Shown here in pieces: positions 36,778-40,619 of a stretch of 40,619 nt of DNA. The stretch spans positions 1 to 40,619 of the forward strand of contig CBFCYQ010000001.1 of the NCBI GenBank assembly GCA_965602205.1, written 5' to 3'. Within the stretch, counting starts at the first letter, position 1, and every line of letters starts with the position of its first letter. Both the position numbers and the translations under genes were made by a program. Source of the stretch: an uncultured bacterium (GTDB lineage: Bacteria; Zixibacteria; MSB-5A5; GN15; FEB-12). The notes under the pieces are model-generated. The model made no database searches. It was not told the DNA's origin and was given only the letters and a program-made list of their open reading frames with translations.

Positions 36778-38760
36778 ATGCCAACAAGATTCACAACGGG
36801 ACCTCTCTCGAGGGAACTGGTCTTTTTCGTCAAATGCTTTCTGGTCACTATGGCCGTCTTCTCGGTATTTCGGCTGTTGTTTCTGGTTGTCTATTCGGGG
36901 GAGTTCGCCGGGGTGCCGGCGTTCGAAGTTTTTCGCGGTTTCATCCACGGCTTACGGTTCGATGCCGCCATTGTCTCGATGGGGTTTGCCGGCGTCTTGG
37001 TCCTGTCTCTTATTCCCCGCATCAACCGCTATCAGTCGTTCCGGTACCTTTGGATCGCCCTTGCCTATGCCGCCTTTGTCTTTTTCTTTCTACTGATGCT
37101 GGCCGATCTGCAGTATTTCGAACATTCCAGAAAGAGGCTTGGCTACGAGGCTTTTGCCTATCTTGACAGCACCGGCTGGCCCGTTCTGAAAACGGCCGTC
37201 ATTCAGCATCCGTGGTACTTAATCCTGGGAACGGCCGCACTGACTCTCTTTTTTGTTATCACCATTCGGCATTTGAGAAGAACCCGGATTCTGGCTTATC
37301 AGCCAATTCCTCTGTCGACTTACCTGGTGGTACTGCTCGTTCTGGCCCCGCTCCTGGTGTTGTTTTCCCGCGGAGGGTGGCAGAGAGTCCCCCTGAGGAC
37401 AGCCGATTCGTTTATCAGTTCTTTTAATGCCGTGAATATGCTGACAGTCAACAGCCCCCACATGGCCTTGCGGAACCTTGGCAAAAGCCAACCGCCTCGT
37501 CTCATGGAAGCATTGCGGGCAAAAGAACTCTGCCTGTCGCTTTTGGAAGTGGACTCCCTTCGACAGCTCGATCCCGAATATCCTTTGCTGGTGCGCACCT
37601 CCGACGCCCTTACAGAAAGTCCCGAAAAATACAATGTAGTTATCTTCCTGATGGAAAGTTGGACCGGCAAGTTTGCGGGTCCCGACGCCGAAACGCCCGA
37701 AGTGACGCCGGTGTTTAATGGCCTGGCCGCCGAGGGCAGGTATTTCCCGCGCTTCTTCGCCTCGGGATTTCGCTCCAGTTCGGGCTTGTTCTCGATTCTG
37801 ACGGGAATCCCGGACCAGGTCGGCACACCCGTGATGAGGCGGCAGGAACTCCAGGACACCTTCGCCTCCCTGAGCGTCCTTCTGAAGCACCGGGATTATA
37901 GCAGCATCTTTGTGCACGGCGGCCTGCTGGATTTTGACAACCTTGAAAACATGCTGGTCCATGAGCAGTTCGACATAATTATCGGCAAGGACGAACTGTC
38001 CGACTGCGGGGGGCCCGAACACACCTGGGGCTACGATGATGAGTTCGCCTTCGCTCGCGCCCACGAGGAGTTCAAAAAGCAGGGGGAAAAGCCTTTTCTG
38101 GGACTTGTCTTTTCCGTCACCAACCATGCCCCGTACGAATTGCCTGACGAGAGACACTATGTTTTCGACGAGGACGACCATGAGCAGTACCGATTTCTCA
38201 ACGCCTACCGTTATTCGGACCACGCGCTGGGAAAGTTTTTTGAGTTGGCCCTGCAGGAGGAGTATTTCAGAAAAACGGTATTCATTATAACCGGTGACCA
38301 TACCCACCACACCAATCTCAACACATATGAGAACCAGCGTTTGCCGTTGCTGATCTATGCGCCTGGAATTGTCTCGCCCGGAGTGAGTCCGGTAATCGGG
38401 GCCCAGACCGATATTTTGGCGACGGTCGCGGGTATTCTAAAGCTGCCGCATCGGGCCGATATGGGTAGGGACCTGATGTCGCTTTCGGATGATGAGGGAT
38501 TTGCTTATTTCATAGCCGGGCAATCGATCGGCTGGGTGGAAGGCGATCATATCGCTATTATGAGCCTCGATAACAGCCTGCCGCTGGTATACAATTACCG
38601 TGCCGGTGATTATTCGACAAACCGGGCGGCCGCCGATTCGGCGTTGGGTATCTCGATTCGCCGAAAAGCCGACGCCTTCTATCAGCTTGGCTCCGACCTG
38701 CTCTTTCATAACCGGATTTACCCGCCGGAACTCGCGGCCGGGCGAAAGGCCGGAAAGTGA
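36778..38760 (+). CDS. LTA-synthase / sulfatase-family membrane phosphotransferase
   Basis: 660 aa. An N-terminal 5-TM block, then an alkaline-phosphatase-superfamily domain (NVVIFLMESW, ...SSGLFSILTGIP, FIITGDHTHH). Confidence 0.85.
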   Translation: MPTRFTTGPLSRELVFFVKCFLVTMAVFSVFRLLFLVVYSGEFAGVPAFEVFRGFIHGLRFDAAIVSMGFAGVLVLSLIPRINRYQSFRYLWIALAYAAFVFFFLLMLADLQYFEHSRKRLGYEAFAYLDSTGWPVLKTAVIQHPWYLILGTAALTLFFVITIRHLRRTRILAYQPIPLSTYLVVLLVLAPLLVLFSRGGWQRVPLRTADSFISSFNAVNMLTVNSPHMALRNLGKSQPPRLMEALRAKELCLSLLEVDSLRQLDPEYPLLVRTSDALTESPEKYNVVIFLMESWTGKFAGPDAETPEVTPVFNGLAAEGRYFPRFFASGFRSSSGLFSILTGIPDQVGTPVMRRQELQDTFASLSVLLKHRDYSSIFVHGGLLDFDNLENMLVHEQFDIIIGKDELSDCGGPEHTWGYDDEFAFARAHEEFKKQGEKPFLGLVFSVTNHAPYELPDERHYVFDEDDHEQYRFLNAYRYSDHALGKFFELALQEEYFRKTVFIITGDHTHHTNLNTYENQRLPLLIYAPGIVSPGVSPVIGAQTDILATVAGILKLPHRADMGRDLMSLSDDEGFAYFIAGQSIGWVEGDHIAIMSLDNSLPLVYNYRAGDYSTNRAAADSALGISIRRKADAFYQLGSDLLFHNRIYPPELAAGRKAGK

Positions 38761-38796
38761 TTTGGCGGAACGTTCGGGCAAGATTATATTAACGCC

Positions 38797-39915
38797 ATGA
38801 GAATCTGTCACCTCTCTGATACACATCTGGGCGCCGGGGCTCTCCATTCCAAAAGGGGAGAGAGCGGATTGACCCAACGGCAGGAAGACGTCATCCGCAC
38901 CTTTGTCGAAGCCGTTGACAGGATAGTCGATCTCAAACCGGATATATGTATTCATTCCGGCGACATTTTCGACTCTGTGCGCCCTCTCAATCGGATTATT
39001 GCCACCGCCGGAGAACAACTGCACCGCCTGGCCGAAAGGCACGGCATTCCGACGGTCATTATAACCGGCAATCATGATGCCCCCAAGCAGCCCCATCTCG
39101 GCGCGGCCCTGGATATATTCCGGCACATCACAAATCTGTACGTCGCCTCGCAGAGCCGACTGGAGGTGTTCGATGTCAACTCCGGCTGCCGGGTGTATGC
39201 GCTGCCACACTGCCTGACAGCCGACATTCAGAGGCAGGAACTGGCCGGGTGCGTCCCGGATTCGAACGTCGATTTCAACATACTGGTGATGCACGGCGTG
39301 GCGGCGGGAATGCCCGAGTTTTCCATGGCCGACCTCGGCGAACAGGAATTGCCCCTGAATGTTATGGGGCGATTCGACTATACCGCCTTAGGGCATTTTC
39401 ATAACTATTGTCAGGTTGCTCCGAAAGCCTATTATGCCGGCTCCACCGAGAGGTTGTCACAGGCGGAAAGGGGCGCGGCCAAGGGTTTTATCGAGGTCAC
39501 CGTCGAGCCTTTTGCGGTGGCGTTTCATGAGGTGCAGGCGCGCGAGATGGTCGACCTGCCGGTTATCAGCGCCGTGGGCAAAAGGGGTGACGAGTTGGCG
39601 GCATTAATAGCAGAAAAGGTTGAAAAAGTCGATAGCCGTGACAAGATCGTGCGCCTGAAGGTGCAGGATGTTTCCGAAGAAACGCTTAAGACGCTGCCAG
39701 CGGGTGTAATCAACGACCTGAAACAGAAGTCATATTCGCTTAATATCACCTTCGAAAAGGAAAAAACGGAGGCGGCCGAGTATGAGTTCGGCCGGGCCGG
39801 GATCGGCCGTCTTGACAGCGGTTTTGTGGACTTTTTAGAGACGGTCGACTTGAAAGGCTTCGACAAGGAGCGCCTGATACGCGAGGCGCTCAAATATCTC
39901 TCAATGGAAAGCTGA
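38797..39915 (+). CDS. SbcD/Mre11-family DNA repair exonuclease (metallophosphoesterase)
   Basis: 372 aa with the calcineurin-like motifs in order: HLSDTHLG, HSGDIFD, ITGNHD, MHG, GHFH. Confidence 0.85.
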   Translation: MRICHLSDTHLGAGALHSKRGESGLTQRQEDVIRTFVEAVDRIVDLKPDICIHSGDIFDSVRPLNRIIATAGEQLHRLAERHGIPTVIITGNHDAPKQPHLGAALDIFRHITNLYVASQSRLEVFDVNSGCRVYALPHCLTADIQRQELAGCVPDSNVDFNILVMHGVAAGMPEFSMADLGEQELPLNVMGRFDYTALGHFHNYCQVAPKAYYAGSTERLSQAERGAAKGFIEVTVEPFAVAFHEVQAREMVDLPVISAVGKRGDELAALIAEKVEKVDSRDKIVRLKVQDVSEETLKTLPAGVINDLKQKSYSLNITFEKEKTEAAEYEFGRAGIGRLDSGFVDFLETVDLKGFDKERLIREALKYLSMES

Positions 39916-39956
39916 ACCGGGAGCACACAGGGTTCCGGACGCCGCCGTTCCGAAGG

Positions 39957-40109
39957 CTAGAATCTCTCCGGTTTGGAGAAATCCTGCTGATCCGGTTCTT
40001 GGCTATTGTTATTCGACGAGAACGTACGGGTGTAGCAGAACACCACTACGGTGATAATTACCGCCCAGGATATCGACATGAAGATCCAGCCTCCGGTGGT
40101 CATGGTCAT
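39957..40109 (-). CDS. MetS-like small subunit of an NSS-family transporter
   Basis: Not in the ORF track. Hand translation gives MTMTTGGWIFMSISWAVIITVVVFCYTRTFSSNNNSQEPDQQDFSKPERF (50 aa, one TM). Its ATG lies 6 nt after the transporter's stop, with AAGGAG overlapping that stop (TAAGGAGTTATG). Confidence 0.7.
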   Translation of the reverse strand: MTMTTGGWIFMSISWAVIITVVVFCYTRTFSSNNNSQEPDQQDFSKPERF

Positions 40110-40115
40110 AACTCC

Positions 40116-40619
40116 TTAAGAATTGCTCTCTAATTTACGTCGCTTCCAGGCCAGCCATACCAGGACGCCCACCAGAACAAGGGCGGCCAGCAGTACCAGC
40201 CTTATACCGAGTACGAAGGGGACATTCTCGGCAGGGACATCGTGCAGGGTGATGACCTTCCACCACTGATCGTAGAACCACCACACCAGCATGGCCAGCA
40301 GCAGCGTGGGGGAGACGTACTTGATGATGAACCTGAAAATGCGCGGCACACGCAACCGATGCCCGCGATGCAACTCCTCCCAGGTTTTGTCGATACCGAA
40401 TACCCAGCCCAGCAGGATAATTTCGAGCGTGGCGCCAATCACGATGAAAAAGGTGCCGCCCCAGAAGTCGAGATCATCGAGGACGCCCCGGTTAAGAAAC
40501 CAGATAGCGGGTTGGCAGAGAAAGAAAGCGACGATACCGAATATCCTTACGGACTTCTGGCGCGTGATGTTGAACTCGTCCTCCATGAAAGCCACCGCCG
40601 GCTGGGCTACGGATATGGA
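40116..40619 (-). CDS. sodium-dependent NSS (SNF) family transporter, 3' part only (5' end beyond the window)
   Basis: The reading frame is open to the window edge. The residues read ...SISVAQPAVAFMEDEF...DFWGGTF..VIGA..E.I..GWVFG, typical of the last TMs of bacterial neurotransmitter:sodium symporter homologues. Confidence 0.85.
   Translation of the reverse strand, partial: SISVAQPAVAFMEDEFNITRQKSVRIFGIVAFFLCQPAIWFLNRGVLDDLDFWGGTFFIVIGATLEIILLGWVFGIDKTWEELHRGHRLRVPRIFRFIIKYVSPTLLLAMLVWWFYDQWWKVITLHDVPAENVPFVLGIRLVLLAALVLVGVLVWLAWKRRKLESNS

Noticed and set aside
1-40619. A search by eye for CRISPR arrays, IS elements or inverted terminal repeats, integrases, toxin-antitoxin pairs and known defence-system genes.
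   Set aside because: I saw no regularly spaced direct repeats other than the 42-bp in-gene duplication in rpsC. I saw no transposase- or integrase-like translations on either strand, and no small paired ORFs of TA type. A computational repeat or HMM scan would be needed to exclude them formally.

Overview
Moderately GC-rich bacterial chromosomal window. All genes are on the + strand except the last two. No searches were run; all calls rest on reading the supplied translations and the DNA by eye.

(1) 41-15802: a complete, canonical S10-spc-alpha ribosomal superoperon, rpsJ to rplQ, including secY, adk, map, infA, rpoA and an rpmJ missing from the ORF track. The unusual points are Lys/Pro/Ala-rich C-terminal tails on L22, S3, L29 and L17, with a 42-bp tandem repeat inside the S3 tail.

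(2) 15803-16256: a 450-nt GC-rich non-coding spacer of unknown nature.

(3) 16257-22808: housekeeping and accessory genes (plsY-gpsA, a MerR-like regulator, a GT2 glycosyltransferase, DinB, surE, a LOG-like TIGR00725 protein, acylphosphatase, apt) interspersed with tRNA-Pro(GGG), tRNA-Pro(CGG) and tRNA-Arg(CCU).

(4) 23010-34772: an envelope-focused region. It holds two outer-membrane beta-barrels sharing a PorV/PorQ-like N-terminal motif, a TPR protein, a GH57 glucan enzyme, an M48 lipoprotein protease, and then a cluster of a polyprenyl-phosphate sugar transferase, a PEGA protein, an FN3-repeat lipoprotein and a polytopic membrane protein. That cluster is preceded by a near-consensus sigma-54 -24/-12 promoter.

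(5) 35181-40619: an orphan NtrC-type sigma-54 activator, an LTA-synthase/sulfatase-family membrane enzyme, an SbcD/Mre11-like nuclease with no adjacent SbcC, and, convergent on the - strand, a MetS-like small subunit (unannotated 50-aa ORF) plus the 3' part of an NSS-family transporter running off the window.

The PorV-like barrels, the DUF5683-like motif and GH57 suggest an FCB-superphylum-like diderm; this is inference only. No CRISPR array, IS element, integrase or recognisable defence system was seen. The most interesting candidate is the sigma-54-linked envelope cluster of largely uncharacterised proteins at 30.3-38.8 kb.
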